A stretch of 64,000 nt of DNA, from assembly GCA_047602745.1 (NCBI GenBank), contig JBLKOJ010000002.1, positions 2,211-66,210 of the forward strand, read 5' to 3'. Origin of the DNA: Candidatus Woesearchaeota archaeon. GTDB taxonomy: Archaea > Nanobdellota > Nanobdellia > Woesearchaeales > UBA583. This document shows positions 9,609-20,205 of this stretch, in pieces (position 1 is the first letter of the stretch; every line of letters begins with the position of its first letter). The translations under genes and the position numbers were made by a program. Below the pieces are notes generated by a model that saw only the letters and a program-made list of their open reading frames with translations, ran no database searches and was not told the DNA's origin.

Positions 9609-10046
9609 ATGATACTAAAAGAATTATTACCAAAATTATTTTTATCTACCTCTAATAATTTTAAAGATGAGAAGATAACGTCAATATTTCATTCAAATTC
9701 TGTCCAATTAAAAAACTCTTCCCTAATCCTGATAAATCTTTTGAAAAAAAATTCTGTTGAAGTTTCGTTAAATTACAATATAATAGATATTGATAGTGAA
9801 GTTCAACATTTAATAAGAAATGAAAACACATTAGAAATTATTAAAAGAGATAATATTGACAAAGATAAAATTTGTAGAATAAAATTTCAAAGTTTAAATA
9901 TAACTATGCCCGAAAATATAACTCTAATTTCTAAAAGTAATATTAATATATCTCAATTCATAAACTTACTAACAAACTTTTTTGATGAAAATAATGACCA
10001 AGAAATAATAGAAATAGATGCATTTGAATTTACAATTGATTCGTAA
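9609..10046 (+). CDS. Hypothetical protein
   Basis: 145-aa ORF starting 8 nt after the DUF655 stop. No motif recognised. Confidence 0.4.
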   Translation: MILKELLPKLFLSTSNNFKDEKITSIFHSNSVQLKNSSLILINLLKKNSVEVSLNYNIIDIDSEVQHLIRNENTLEIIKRDNIDKDKICRIKFQSLNITMPENITLISKSNINISQFINLLTNFFDENNDQEIIEIDAFEFTIDS

Positions 10047-10115
10047 AATAATACTCAATAAAGTTAAACATATAGTATTACAAATATTTAAATAAAATTC
10101 TTAATTACTATAACT

Positions 10116-11093
10116 ATGGTTGAGTATGTTAAACTTAATGATGATAATGATGATTCTCAAAAAGATGAGAAAAAAAGTAAGTCTCAAGATAATAAACATA
10201 ATGAAGAAAAAAACTCCTCTAAGATTTCTTCAATCATAACAGTTAGAAGGGTAATTTGGACAATTATTTTTTTTATTGCTTTTACAATTTTAGTATCCTC
10301 TTGTACTATTGCAATAGCACCTAAAATTGGTGTAGTTCCTATTAGTGGAGAGATAAAAACTAGTTCAAGTATTTCATTATTTTCTACAGGAACCTCAAGT
10401 AGAATGATTGCTAATCAAATTTATACTCTTGCTGGTGATAATTCTGTTAAGGGAATAATTTTAGATATTAATTCACCAGGAGGAAGTCCTGTTGCAAGTG
10501 ATGAAATTGCACAGGCTATTTTATATGCAAAAGAGCAAAAACCCGTATACACAGTGTTTTCAGATGTGGGTGCAAGTGGGGCATACTGGATTGGAGTAAG
10601 CTCAGATAAAATTTATTCTGCTCCCCTTTCAATTGTTGGAAGTATTGGTGTGACTAGTGCAACACTAACATTTGAAGAATTTATCAGAGAGTGGAATATT
10701 ACATATAGACAACAAACAGCAGGAGAATTTAAGGATATGGGAAGCCCCTTTAGAGAACAATCTGAGCAAGAAAAAGAGATGATGCAAAATTTACTTGATA
10801 CAGTTCACTTAGAATTTATTGAGCATATTGCAAAGCACAGAAATTTAAGTATTGAGTATGTTACAAGTCTTGCAACTGGAGAAATATTTTTAGGTAGAAG
10901 AGCAGTTGAGTTAGAACTTATTGATGAAATTGGATATCTAAGAGATGTAATTGCAGATATGAAAAATAAAGTTGGAAATGAAACAATAGTAATGACATAT
11001 ACACCTTCAAGAACATCCTCAATTTTTAGTGTAAATATTCCACTTGGAGATTTTTTTTCAACAAATTCAAAACCTATTATAACTCTTAGCTAA
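10116..11093 (+). CDS. sppA: Signal peptide peptidase SppA (S49 family, 36K type)
   Basis: One TM segment, then GIILDINSPGGSPVASDEI and GASGAYWI, typical S49 motifs. Confidence 0.8.
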   Translation: MVEYVKLNDDNDDSQKDEKKSKSQDNKHNEEKNSSKISSIITVRRVIWTIIFFIAFTILVSSCTIAIAPKIGVVPISGEIKTSSSISLFSTGTSSRMIANQIYTLAGDNSVKGIILDINSPGGSPVASDEIAQAILYAKEQKPVYTVFSDVGASGAYWIGVSSDKIYSAPLSIVGSIGVTSATLTFEEFIREWNITYRQQTAGEFKDMGSPFREQSEQEKEMMQNLLDTVHLEFIEHIAKHRNLSIEYVTSLATGEIFLGRRAVELELIDEIGYLRDVIADMKNKVGNETIVMTYTPSRTSSIFSVNIPLGDFFSTNSKPIITLS

Positions 11094-11196
11094 ATTTTTA
11101 TTAATAAATTAACTTTTCTATAAAAAAATAATTTTAATTAAAATTTTATTAAATAATAATTTATTGAAATTGTAAAAAATCAAAAATAACAAAGAT

Positions 11197-11205
11197 TTTA
11201 TAAAG
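11197..11205 (+). promoter_or_regulatory. TATA-box-like element TTTATAAAG, 21 nt upstream of the ATG at 11227
   Basis: Recurring motif and spacing. Confidence 0.4.
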
Positions 11206-11226
11206 TTGAATTAATTAACGAGATTA

Positions 11227-14076
11227 ATGGAAACTAATTTTTTTGATGAGAGTGTCTTAAAAAAAGAAAATTCTTCTGATAATAGCTCAAAAAAAAGTAA
11301 AAAAGAATATAACTTATCATATCATTTAAAAAAAATTGACAATCAACTTCATTTTTTCGTACTTAATAATGATGATAGATTAAATGCAACTGAGATTTCA
11401 TCAATGTTAAAAGAAATTAAAGATTCATTAAATGATAAAGAAATTTCACTGTTAAGCTATATTTCTTCAAGACTTGGAATAATTCAATCTTTATATCGAG
11501 TAGTTACTGATTTAGATTTGCTCATTGAATACTTAAGAGAAGTTAAGCATGAAGTATATTTTAATAATACTAAAATAGAATTCTCAACTCAAGAAATTTC
11601 ATTAAATTTTAAATTTTTACTTGATGAATCTTCCAATATTAAACTTTATTTTACTGATAATGTAGAGCCGTTTATTACTCCAAATGAAGTTTTAATCAAA
11701 CAAAATTCAACATTATATAAACTTAGTTCTAAAATTAATTATGCTCTTTATAGAGAGATTTTTGAAGGAAAAAATGCATTTTCAGTAGATAGTTTTCTAT
11801 CTATTAAAGATGTTTTAATTTCACAACTCGAACAAGCACATAACGTTCATATCGATGATGAACTTGAAAAAATAATCTCAATGCCAAGAACCCAGGAAAT
11901 TGCACAACCAATTATTGAGATTGGAAGAACAAATCATTTCATAACATTTGAATGTAAATATAAAATTGGAAATGAGTATTTTGATGTTGATTTATATTCG
12001 TATGCAGAAACTGTTAATTGGATAGATAAAACTAGAAAGATTAAAACAGCAATAATAGATAATAAACGAGTTGATTTTCTAAGCGATATTTCTCTAAGCT
12101 CAGAAGAATTTAGAAACATATTTATTGAAAATAGACTAAGGCCTTCAATCTCTTCTAAGAATCCTTTTTCAGTTATGCTTTCAATCTCAAGTTTAGAGTT
12201 AGTAATTAAACATATTATTCCAAGAATTGAAAAAGAGTACACTATTGAATATAAAAACGGTCAAAGACTTGAATTACATAGTGGAAATGTAGAATTTGAA
12301 ATTGATACAAAATTAATTAAAAGAGTAGATTTATTTGAATTTAGTGTTAAATTTAAAATTGGAGATGAATATGTTGATTTAGAATTTTTAAAAGATTTAG
12401 TTCAAAAAAATAAAAAATATTACCAACTTGAAAATGGAAGTACTATTAATATCGAGAACATTCGTGAAATTAATAAGTGGATTGAATTTTTAGGAAGATA
12501 TGAGTTTAAGCGAACCAAAGGAGTTTACAAAACTAGTTCTATTACAGCTCTTGAGCTTGATGAATTTTTAAAAGATTTCCAAGATAAATATGTCCAATCT
12601 AATCAAGAATATAAAAATTTAATCTCTGAGATGAAAGATAAAAAACCTATTGAAGATGTTAATTATCCCAATGAAGTAATTAGTATATTAAGAGATTATC
12701 AAAAAGAAGGAGTTAATTGGATTTCATTTTTAAGAAAATATAATTTTGGTGGAATTTTAGCTGATGAAATGGGTCTTGGAAAAACTATTCAGTCTTTATG
12801 TGCAATTAAAACCCTTGAAGGTCCTCATATTGTAATTTGTCCTAAAACATTAATGTATAACTGGGAAGCAGAAGCTAAAAAATTCTTTCCTGAAATGAAA
12901 GTAAAAGTTATTGATGGGAATTCACTACAAAGAAAGAAAATAATTGAAAATCTTAAAGAAACTCCAGTTAATTTAGTAATTACTTCATATTCTATGCTTC
13001 AAAAAGATTACTCTGTATATGTTGAAAATGAAATAGAATTTATCTATAAATTACTTGATGAAGCTCACTACGTTAAAAATGCTAAAACCCTCTCAGCTAA
13101 AGCAGTAAGATTAATTTCAGCTAAACATAAATTACTTTTAACAGGAACTCCTCTTGAGAATAATTTAGATGAATTATATGGAACTTTTGATTTAGTAATG
13201 CCTGAATATCTAGGCCATAAACTCGATTTTAAACGAGAGTTTGCAAGTAAAATTGAGAGAAACAATATGATAGCTCTTGAAATTTTACAAGCAAAGATAA
13301 AACCATTTATTCTAAGAAGAACCAAAAAAGAGGTTCTCAAAGAATTACCCGATAAACAAGAACAAATTGTATATAATGAAATGAACAATAAACAAGTTGG
13401 AATTTATACCGAAGTATTAGAAAGACTAAAAACTGATACTTTAACTCTTGTAAAAGAACAAGGATTTGATAAATCAAGAATGCAAGTACTCTCTGCATTA
13501 TTAAAACTTAGACAAGTCTGTAATCACCCTCAATTACTAGGAGATGATTTTGATCAAGAAGGAGTTGAGAGTAGTAAATTTGAGCAGTTTAAAGAATTAC
13601 TTGATGAAGTGGTTGAAGGAGGTGAAAAAGTTCTTGTATTCTCTCAATTCACATCTATGATGAATATCATGGAGAAAGATTTAAAAGAGAAAAAAATTAA
13701 TTATTTACGTCTTGATGGTTCAACTCAAAATAGACAACAATTAGTTGATGAATTTAATACTAATGAAAATGTTAAAGTATTCTTAATCTCTTTAAAAGCA
13801 GGAGGAGTAGGACTTAACTTAACTGCAGCGAGTTCAGTATTTATTTACGACCCTTGGTGGAACCCAATGGCTGAAAAACAAGCAATCGATAGAGCTCATA
13901 GAATTGGACAAAAAAGAAGTGTGAACGTCTATAAATTTATTACTAAAAATTCAATAGAAGAAAAAATTTTAAACTTACAAGAAACTAAAGGCAATCTATT
14001 TGAAAATTTAATTAGTGAAGATAGAGGATTTATTAAACGATTAGAGTGGGAAGATTTAATGGAACTATTTGAATAG
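11227..14076 (+). CDS. SNF2/SWI2-family helicase with a long N-terminal non-helicase region
   Basis: LADEMGLGKTIQ (motif I), DEAHYVKN (motif II), LLLTGTPLENNL (motif III) and the C-terminal helicase block GGVGLNLTAAS..DPWWNP..QAIDRAHRIGQ. Confidence 0.9.
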   Translation: METNFFDESVLKKENSSDNSSKKSKKEYNLSYHLKKIDNQLHFFVLNNDDRLNATEISSMLKEIKDSLNDKEISLLSYISSRLGIIQSLYRVVTDLDLLIEYLREVKHEVYFNNTKIEFSTQEISLNFKFLLDESSNIKLYFTDNVEPFITPNEVLIKQNSTLYKLSSKINYALYREIFEGKNAFSVDSFLSIKDVLISQLEQAHNVHIDDELEKIISMPRTQEIAQPIIEIGRTNHFITFECKYKIGNEYFDVDLYSYAETVNWIDKTRKIKTAIIDNKRVDFLSDISLSSEEFRNIFIENRLRPSISSKNPFSVMLSISSLELVIKHIIPRIEKEYTIEYKNGQRLELHSGNVEFEIDTKLIKRVDLFEFSVKFKIGDEYVDLEFLKDLVQKNKKYYQLENGSTINIENIREINKWIEFLGRYEFKRTKGVYKTSSITALELDEFLKDFQDKYVQSNQEYKNLISEMKDKKPIEDVNYPNEVISILRDYQKEGVNWISFLRKYNFGGILADEMGLGKTIQSLCAIKTLEGPHIVICPKTLMYNWEAEAKKFFPEMKVKVIDGNSLQRKKIIENLKETPVNLVITSYSMLQKDYSVYVENEIEFIYKLLDEAHYVKNAKTLSAKAVRLISAKHKLLLTGTPLENNLDELYGTFDLVMPEYLGHKLDFKREFASKIERNNMIALEILQAKIKPFILRRTKKEVLKELPDKQEQIVYNEMNNKQVGIYTEVLERLKTDTLTLVKEQGFDKSRMQVLSALLKLRQVCNHPQLLGDDFDQEGVESSKFEQFKELLDEVVEGGEKVLVFSQFTSMMNIMEKDLKEKKINYLRLDGSTQNRQQLVDEFNTNENVKVFLISLKAGGVGLNLTAASSVFIYDPWWNPMAEKQAIDRAHRIGQKRSVNVYKFITKNSIEEKILNLQETKGNLFENLISEDRGFIKRLEWEDLMELFE

Positions 14077-14355
14077 ATTGCAAAATATAACATTTAACTA
14101 AAATTTAAATATTTTAAAATATTGGCCCCTTAGCTAAATAATATTAATTAGTAATAAAGAATTTTTTAAAAACAAAATCAGAAGTATAAAAATTCAAACC
14201 TATAAATTAAAATTGAATGAAAATAAAATACAAAGTCTAAAAATATTTAAATGTATAAATATAAAGCTATTTCCTCCTTGCTTTATTATTTTAGGAATTT
14301 AACCCAATACCTATAAAAAAACCTTTGCTAAAGCTCAATCTTCTTATTGTATAAT

Positions 14356-15297
14356 TTAATTCTCGTCCAAGTTCTGTAAGTACTCAAAAGCTGAATAAGA
14401 TGCAACACTGCCCTCAGCAGCTGCAATAATCCCTTGTTTCCACTCAGCATTTGTTAAGTCTCCTGCGGCAAATACTCCCTCCACATTAGTTTGAGAAATT
14501 CTATTTATAATTACTTCTCCTTTTTTATTTAATTGAACTCCTAGTTGTTTTGCAAGCTCATTTTGAGGATTCATTCCAATAGCAATAAATACAGCACTCA
14601 AATCAATTGTATTTGAACCATTAACCTCTTTGTCAAGTTCAACATGAGTTACCTTTTTATCCCCACAAATTTTAGTAACATTAACTCCTTCTATAATTTC
14701 TATATTTTCAATTTTTTTAATTCTATCAGCATTAATAGGTTCTGCTTTAAGTTTACTTCTAATTAACATATACACTTTCTCACAAGTTTGGGCTAGAACC
14801 ATAGCTTCTTTAGCTGCACTATCTCCTCCCCCAACTATTGCAACTACTTTCTTCTTAAAAAACGGACCATCACAAGTAGCACAATACGAAACACCCTTTG
14901 ATTGGAAATCCCACTCTCCTGGTGCTCCCAAATGTTTATGCTGAGTTCCTGTTGCTAAAATAAGAGTCTTTGCAAAATATTCCTCCTCCAAAATTCCAGT
15001 TTTAATAGTAAATAATTTTGTTTCTTCATCTTTAGTGATTGAAGTTACGATATCATCTACCATTGGAACATTATTTGCAATAACATGCTCTTTTAGTTTA
15101 TCAGCCAATTCAGGTCCGCTTAGAGAAATAAATCCGGGATAATTTTCAACTAAGTGAGTTGTGGTGATCAAACCTCCTGGCTCTTTTGCAATTAATAAAG
15201 TATCCATATTAAAGCGAGCTGCATATACGGCCGCAGGATATCCTGCACACCCTCCTCCTACAATTATACAATCATATGTTTTTTTAAAGTTTTCCAT
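14356..15297 (-). CDS. trxB: Thioredoxin-disulfide reductase (low-molecular-weight type)
   Basis: DCIIVGGGCAGYPAA FAD-binding site, redox-active CATCDG, and GGGDSAAKEA NADPH-binding site. Confidence 0.9.
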   Translation of the reverse strand: MENFKKTYDCIIVGGGCAGYPAAVYAARFNMDTLLIAKEPGGLITTTHLVENYPGFISLSGPELADKLKEHVIANNVPMVDDIVTSITKDEETKLFTIKTGILEEEYFAKTLILATGTQHKHLGAPGEWDFQSKGVSYCATCDGPFFKKKVVAIVGGGDSAAKEAMVLAQTCEKVYMLIRSKLKAEPINADRIKKIENIEIIEGVNVTKICGDKKVTHVELDKEVNGSNTIDLSAVFIAIGMNPQNELAKQLGVQLNKKGEVIINRISQTNVEGVFAAGDLTNAEWKQGIIAAAEGSVASYSAFEYLQNLDEN

Positions 15298-15415
15298 ATA
15301 TTAATTATTATTGAGAAGTGTTTTTTAAATTAGACTATTATATGAACAAAAATATAAAAATAGCACACTAATATTTACAAAAAGTATAAAATTTATAACT
15401 AAATTATATATTTGG

Positions 15416-15625
15416 TTAATAATTCTTTATTAAATATATTCCCCAAATCAGCATAACTATTACTAGTAAATAAAATAAGATATGAACACCAGTTTGAGTT
15501 ACAGGATTCATTAATGAGTATATAATTGTAAATATTATTATCACAATTGAAGCAACCAGAAATGCAGTTCCATAAATATGTAAGTCGGTGTGCTCTACAT
15601 GATTAATTTCTTTTTTTGATGTCAT
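15416..15625 (-). CDS. Small membrane protein (2 predicted TM segments)
   Basis: 69-aa ORF with two hydrophobic stretches. No family recognised. Confidence 0.35.
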   Translation of the reverse strand: MTSKKEINHVEHTDLHIYGTAFLVASIVIIIFTIIYSLMNPVTQTGVHILFYLLVIVMLIWGIYLIKNY

Positions 15626-15639
15626 TTTTTATATAATGC

Positions 15640-15897
15640 TTATTTTTTCTTTTTAGAGTTTTTAGCTGAAGCTTTTTTTAAATAAATCTCATCTTCAATA
15701 TCCTCTAAATCATGCAGAATTCGTTCTTCATCTGCAAGAGTTTGTCTTACCATTTTTTCAATATTTCTATCAATATTTTGCATATATTTTTGAGTAATTA
15801 TAATCTGTTTCAATGAGTAAATTAATACTAACATCATTGCTATAATTGTCCAAAACATTACAAAAAAGAGAAAATTTTGATCTCCTACCATTACCAT
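15640..15897 (-). CDS. Small membrane protein (N-terminal TM, charged C-terminal tail)
   Basis: 85-aa ORF. FLFFVMFWTIIAMMLVLIYSL followed by a charged helical tail. Confidence 0.35.
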   Translation of the reverse strand: MVMVGDQNFLFFVMFWTIIAMMLVLIYSLKQIIITQKYMQNIDRNIEKMVRQTLADEERILHDLEDIEDEIYLKKASAKNSKKKK

Positions 15898-15990
15898 GAT
15901 ATAAAAAATATAAATTAGAATTATATATAGTTTTGTTATTTCTAAAAAGGGAAAAATATATTTTGGAAGTATATTTTAATTTAAGTAGAA

Positions 15991-16740
15991 TTAATTAAAT
16001 ACCTCAGTTACTAATTTGGCTTCTTTTTGAATATTTTCAAGTTTTTTTTGTGATAGCTTAATATCATTCTCAGAATGAATTTTTAAATAATCTTGAATTT
16101 TCTTAATTAATTTAGAAGCATCAGCTTTAGCTAATTTTTGAACAGAATTAATTCCAACTTGGACTAATAAGAATGCTAAATTTTCCCCAACTCCTTTTAC
16201 CTGTAATAATTCTAGTTTTTTTAATATAGTTGTCATTGTTGTTGGTTGAGTTGCAACTTGTTTAGCTATAGAACTTCTTTTTTTTGAAGTTTCAAGGCCT
16301 AAAAATGCATCTTTATAGTTTTTAAACCCAGCAAGTTCTAAATACCCTCTTTCAACTTCACTAAGTATTACAGAATTTACAATTTTCCCAGAAGGGAATT
16401 TTTTTTGAGTATTTTCTTTTTTTTCAATTTTTTTAGATGTTATTTTTGTTTGTGATTTTACTGGTTTTAAATCTTTAGTTGAAACTTTATCATTTTTGTG
16501 ACTATTATCTGAAATTATTTTCTGAGTATTTAATTTTGCCCTAGAACTTGATTTCTCAAGTTGAGTTTTAATTTCTTGAGTTGTTTGAACCATACTCTCT
16601 TTGGTTTGATTTCTTATTTCATAAGATGAATCTTGATACTTGCTCATTTTAGATTTTGTATCTTTTTTATTAAACGAATTTGTAACTTTCTCTTTTAATT
16701 CTTTAAAAAAATCAGTAAATAGTTCTATTATGTTTACCAT
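15991..16740 (-). CDS. Lys/Ser-rich protein with C-terminal helix-hairpin-helix (DUF4332-like) domain
   Basis: LQVKGVGENLAFLLVQVGINSVQKLAKADASKLIKKI resembles the DUF4332/HhH pattern. It lies 93 nt downstream of grpE on the same strand. Confidence 0.45.
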   Translation of the reverse strand: MVNIIELFTDFFKELKEKVTNSFNKKDTKSKMSKYQDSSYEIRNQTKESMVQTTQEIKTQLEKSSSRAKLNTQKIISDNSHKNDKVSTKDLKPVKSQTKITSKKIEKKENTQKKFPSGKIVNSVILSEVERGYLELAGFKNYKDAFLGLETSKKRSSIAKQVATQPTTMTTILKKLELLQVKGVGENLAFLLVQVGINSVQKLAKADASKLIKKIQDYLKIHSENDIKLSQKKLENIQKEAKLVTEVFN

Positions 16741-16833
16741 ATTATATAATTATTAACTTATTAATATAAAAAAACTTGTAACTACTAGCATAAGTAAAGA
16801 ATTCGCCAATTAAATTTCTAAAAATTAGAGATA

Positions 16834-17313
16834 TTAGTTTGTTACAACCACTCTTGGTTTTTTGATAGTTCTATTTTTGAATTTATATCCTTTTCTTGAA
16901 GTTTTTAATATAATTCCTTTTTGCATTCCTTTTGATTCTTGATAACTCCCAAGTTCATGTAAATCAGGGTCATAAAATCTCTCTTTTGCTTCATAAATCT
17001 CAATTGAATTTTGAGTCATAGTTTTTTGAAGTTGCTTTCCAATAGAATTAAATTCTAATAAAAATCGTTGCAACTCCACATTTGAAGCATCTACTTTAAA
17101 ACTTTGCTCTTTTGCTTTTTCATACAGTTCATAAATAGCTAAAATTTCTTTTGCAAATTTCTGTGCATTGTTAAATTCATACTCTTCTTGATTTCTTTCT
17201 TGTTTTTGAACTAAATTTTTATTCTTTAATTTTAAAGCAGAATATTTATGAAGAAGGATTTCATATTTTTCATCATTTTTATTAAAAGCTTGTGATATTT
17301 TTGAGAGAACCAT
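16834..17313 (-). CDS. grpE: Nucleotide exchange factor GrpE
   Basis: FAKEILAIYELYEKA (matching lLpv.Dn.erA) and ERFYDPDLHE...KGYKFKNRTIKKPRVVV (matching FdP..HeA...kGY....r.lRpA.V.V). Confidence 0.7.
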   Translation of the reverse strand: MVLSKISQAFNKNDEKYEILLHKYSALKLKNKNLVQKQERNQEEYEFNNAQKFAKEILAIYELYEKAKEQSFKVDASNVELQRFLLEFNSIGKQLQKTMTQNSIEIYEAKERFYDPDLHELGSYQESKGMQKGIILKTSRKGYKFKNRTIKKPRVVVTN

Positions 17314-17422
17314 TTATTAGTATTATAAATTAACTCTTTATAAAATTAACGTAAAATTATCTATAGGAAAAAAGTTATTGAAACATAAACAATTAAAAAA
17401 TAAAGATAATGGTATCAAAAAA

Positions 17423-19321
17423 TTAGTTGTTAGAATATCTCTGGTATAAATCTTGTAATTCCTTTTGCTCTTCTTCTAATTGTTTTAAACGTTTAGAGAT
17501 ATATTCTAATATTTTATTCTCAGAGTTTTTATAGAAGTTATTTTCAAACATTGATGATGAAAAATTATTACTATTATTAACAACAGTATCTACATTAGTT
17601 GAAACTTCAAAAGGACTTAAATTAGTAGTTGAATTTACAGAATTAATAGAGTTATTTTCTACATTATGACCCATAGATTGAGGCATATCTTGATTAACTG
17701 AATAAACTTCTCTTTGTAATTGAGGTGAAGAATATGGAGTTGAAGAAGAACTTTGCTCTTCTTTTTTAGGAGATGTATTTAACACAGAATCTGCAAGCAT
17801 TGCTAAAGCACTTTTTTTAGAAGCAAAATTAATTGAGCCATATAAAGAAGAGTTTGAATTATTTGAAGAATTCTTATCTATATCTTCTGAATTTGAAGTT
17901 GAATACTTTTGGGAAAAATTATTCTGTTGTTCTTGCTTTAACTGATCTCTTTGAGCTTGAATTTCTTCACTTCTTTTTTGTGCTTGAATATTTAATTGGT
18001 CTTGAATTGAATTTAATTCATTTGCTTTATCAATAGTTTCTTGTGTTTTTCGAGGTAAAATTGATGAAAAGGGGTTTATATTTTGCTCAGAGTCTTCATT
18101 TTCTAAATTTGGTTGACTAATAATTTCTAAAGTTGACCAATTAATTTGAGCTTCTTGAGATTTTGAAAGTTCCTGCTTTGAGATTATACAACTAATACCT
18201 AAACTAGAACAAATTGAGAAAAGTTGGTGTGAAAAAATAGAAAATGTGAATATTATTCCACTTACTTTTTCAAATACTTTTGAAGTTAAAGCTGATTTAA
18301 ACTCTGCACTATTTCTAAAAATTACATATTTATTATGAGGAGTTGATAAATCTACTTCATGAAATGGAACTAATGAAATTTGTTCATTTTCCTGAATTGA
18401 AGAATTATTATTTAAAGATTTATACAATAATAATTTATCTTCAAATGAATCTTCAATTGGAATAGTAAATACTTGAATATGAGTCAATTGCACTTTACCT
18501 TTAGTATTAATAAACCCCTCAACAATTACATCATTTAATGAATTAGTAATTTGATGAATTGAAATTAATTCTTGTTCTTCTAAAATTTTTCCTTTAATCT
18601 GAACTTGTTCATATCCTAATTTTGAACCTTGTTTACAATATATAACTTCTTGTTTTGCAGAGTTATAAAATAACACGTTCTGATAAGAAGAGTATTGTTC
18701 TGCATATATTTGATAGAGTGAACCCTCAACTTCAAGAGGAAGACCTAATTGAGAAAATAAAAGCAGTTTTGAACCTTGCTTATATAAACTAAATATTTTT
18801 TTAACATCTTCAAATTTTGTAATTTCAATTTGAAAATCTAATTCTTTAATATTTAATTTTGTTGATAAGGAGTAAAAATATTTGTTAAATACCTCTTCAA
18901 AAGCACTTTGAATTGCATTTTTATCAACATTTAGAACTGAAAAATTACAATTCTGAGAAGTTCTTATAGTAATATTAAATGTGTCTGAATTCATTGAATT
19001 CATAAATGAATAATTTTTTAGCTCAACTTGGTCAAACGAACTAAAAAATTCTTGAAATTTTCGAGATAAATTTCGCAAAAACTCCGGATTTATTGGAGTC
19101 TTTAATGCTTCACTCACTTCAGGATTATTTAGTATTTTTTTAAATTGTTCAATTGTTTTAAGTTGGGAGCACCCCTTAAGAAGTGTTTGAATAGTATGAG
19201 GATTTGCCAACTTTTGTATAAATTCATCTCTTGTAATGATTATTTTATCAATTGTAATCCCATTTTGATTAAGTGCAAAATCAATGCAATCTTTCGAATT
19301 TCCATATGTTTCAAGTGTCAT
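17423..19321 (-). CDS. Hypothetical 632-aa protein. Possibly a divergent PEP-utilising (PPDK_N plus mobile domain) fold with an Asn/Ser/Gln-rich tail.
   Basis: The long ORF is certain. VSGIIFTFSIFSHQLFSICSSLGISCIISK weakly resembles the G..T..GG.TSHAAIVAR.LGIP mobile-domain motif. The C-terminal 200 aa are low-complexity and end in a short coiled coil. Confidence 0.45.
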   Translation of the reverse strand: MTLETYGNSKDCIDFALNQNGITIDKIIITRDEFIQKLANPHTIQTLLKGCSQLKTIEQFKKILNNPEVSEALKTPINPEFLRNLSRKFQEFFSSFDQVELKNYSFMNSMNSDTFNITIRTSQNCNFSVLNVDKNAIQSAFEEVFNKYFYSLSTKLNIKELDFQIEITKFEDVKKIFSLYKQGSKLLLFSQLGLPLEVEGSLYQIYAEQYSSYQNVLFYNSAKQEVIYCKQGSKLGYEQVQIKGKILEEQELISIHQITNSLNDVIVEGFINTKGKVQLTHIQVFTIPIEDSFEDKLLLYKSLNNNSSIQENEQISLVPFHEVDLSTPHNKYVIFRNSAEFKSALTSKVFEKVSGIIFTFSIFSHQLFSICSSLGISCIISKQELSKSQEAQINWSTLEIISQPNLENEDSEQNINPFSSILPRKTQETIDKANELNSIQDQLNIQAQKRSEEIQAQRDQLKQEQQNNFSQKYSTSNSEDIDKNSSNNSNSSLYGSINFASKKSALAMLADSVLNTSPKKEEQSSSSTPYSSPQLQREVYSVNQDMPQSMGHNVENNSINSVNSTTNLSPFEVSTNVDTVVNNSNNFSSSMFENNFYKNSENKILEYISKRLKQLEEEQKELQDLYQRYSNN

Positions 19322-19371
19322 ATTAATATTAACTTAAGAGTAAATATAATTTTTAAAAATTTGTATTCACA

Positions 19372-20205
19372 TCAAGTGAAAGGAGGGACTCCTGAATCAT
19401 AAAAACTTAGATAGTCTCCATTTCCAATAATTAAATGGTCTAACACTTTAATATGTAATAATTCACAAGCTTGCATAATTTGAGTTGTTATTTCAACATC
19501 CGCTTGAGACTCTTGAGTATCTCCACTGGGATGATTATGGATTAAAATTATTGAACTTGCATGTAAGTCTAAAGCTTTTTTTACAATTTTTCTCACATCA
19601 ATATGGACGAAATGAATGGAGCCTTTTGCAACAATTTCATCTCTTATTAGTTTATTTTTTACATTTAGATATAAAACTCTCATCTCCTCACACATCTTAT
19701 ATTGCATTGAATGCTTAACATATTCATAAATTTCTTGAGATGATGAAAAACTCTCTTTAAAACTCACTTCTTCTTGAATTCTTTTTGAGAGTTCAAATAC
19801 TGAAATAATCTCACACGCTTTAGCAGTTGAAATTCCTTTAATAGTACTTAATGATTCAATGTTAGTTGAGAGCAATTCAAGAGGAGAAAATGTCTGTAAT
19901 ATTTCTCTTGAGAGCTCTAATACATTTTTATCTTTTGTTCCTGTTTTTAAGAGTAATGCTAAAAGTTCTGAATTTGTAAGACTACTTGCACCAAATTTGA
20001 TTAATTTCTCTCTTGGCATTTCTTCTTTTAAAAAAAATTCTTTAAATGCTGGTTTTTGTGTTAATTTTTGTACTGATTTGTTGGGATCATTTTTTAAAGA
20101 TTTTTTTACACTTGTATTTGTAGTTTCTTTTTCAAGACGAATTACTTGCATATTTTCAAAGGTTTGTTGGATTAATTGTATTTGTGACATAGTTATTTTG
20201 TTCAA
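19372..20205 (-). CDS. radC: RadC-like JAB-domain protein (UPF0758) with an N-terminal extension
   Basis: LTNSELLALLLKTGTKDKNVLELSREIL (HhH region) and the JAMM-like SIILIHNHPSGD ... VLDHLIIG. Confidence 0.85.
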   Translation of the reverse strand: MNKITMSQIQLIQQTFENMQVIRLEKETTNTSVKKSLKNDPNKSVQKLTQKPAFKEFFLKEEMPREKLIKFGASSLTNSELLALLLKTGTKDKNVLELSREILQTFSPLELLSTNIESLSTIKGISTAKACEIISVFELSKRIQEEVSFKESFSSSQEIYEYVKHSMQYKMCEEMRVLYLNVKNKLIRDEIVAKGSIHFVHIDVRKIVKKALDLHASSIILIHNHPSGDTQESQADVEITTQIMQACELLHIKVLDHLIIGNGDYLSFYDSGVPPFT

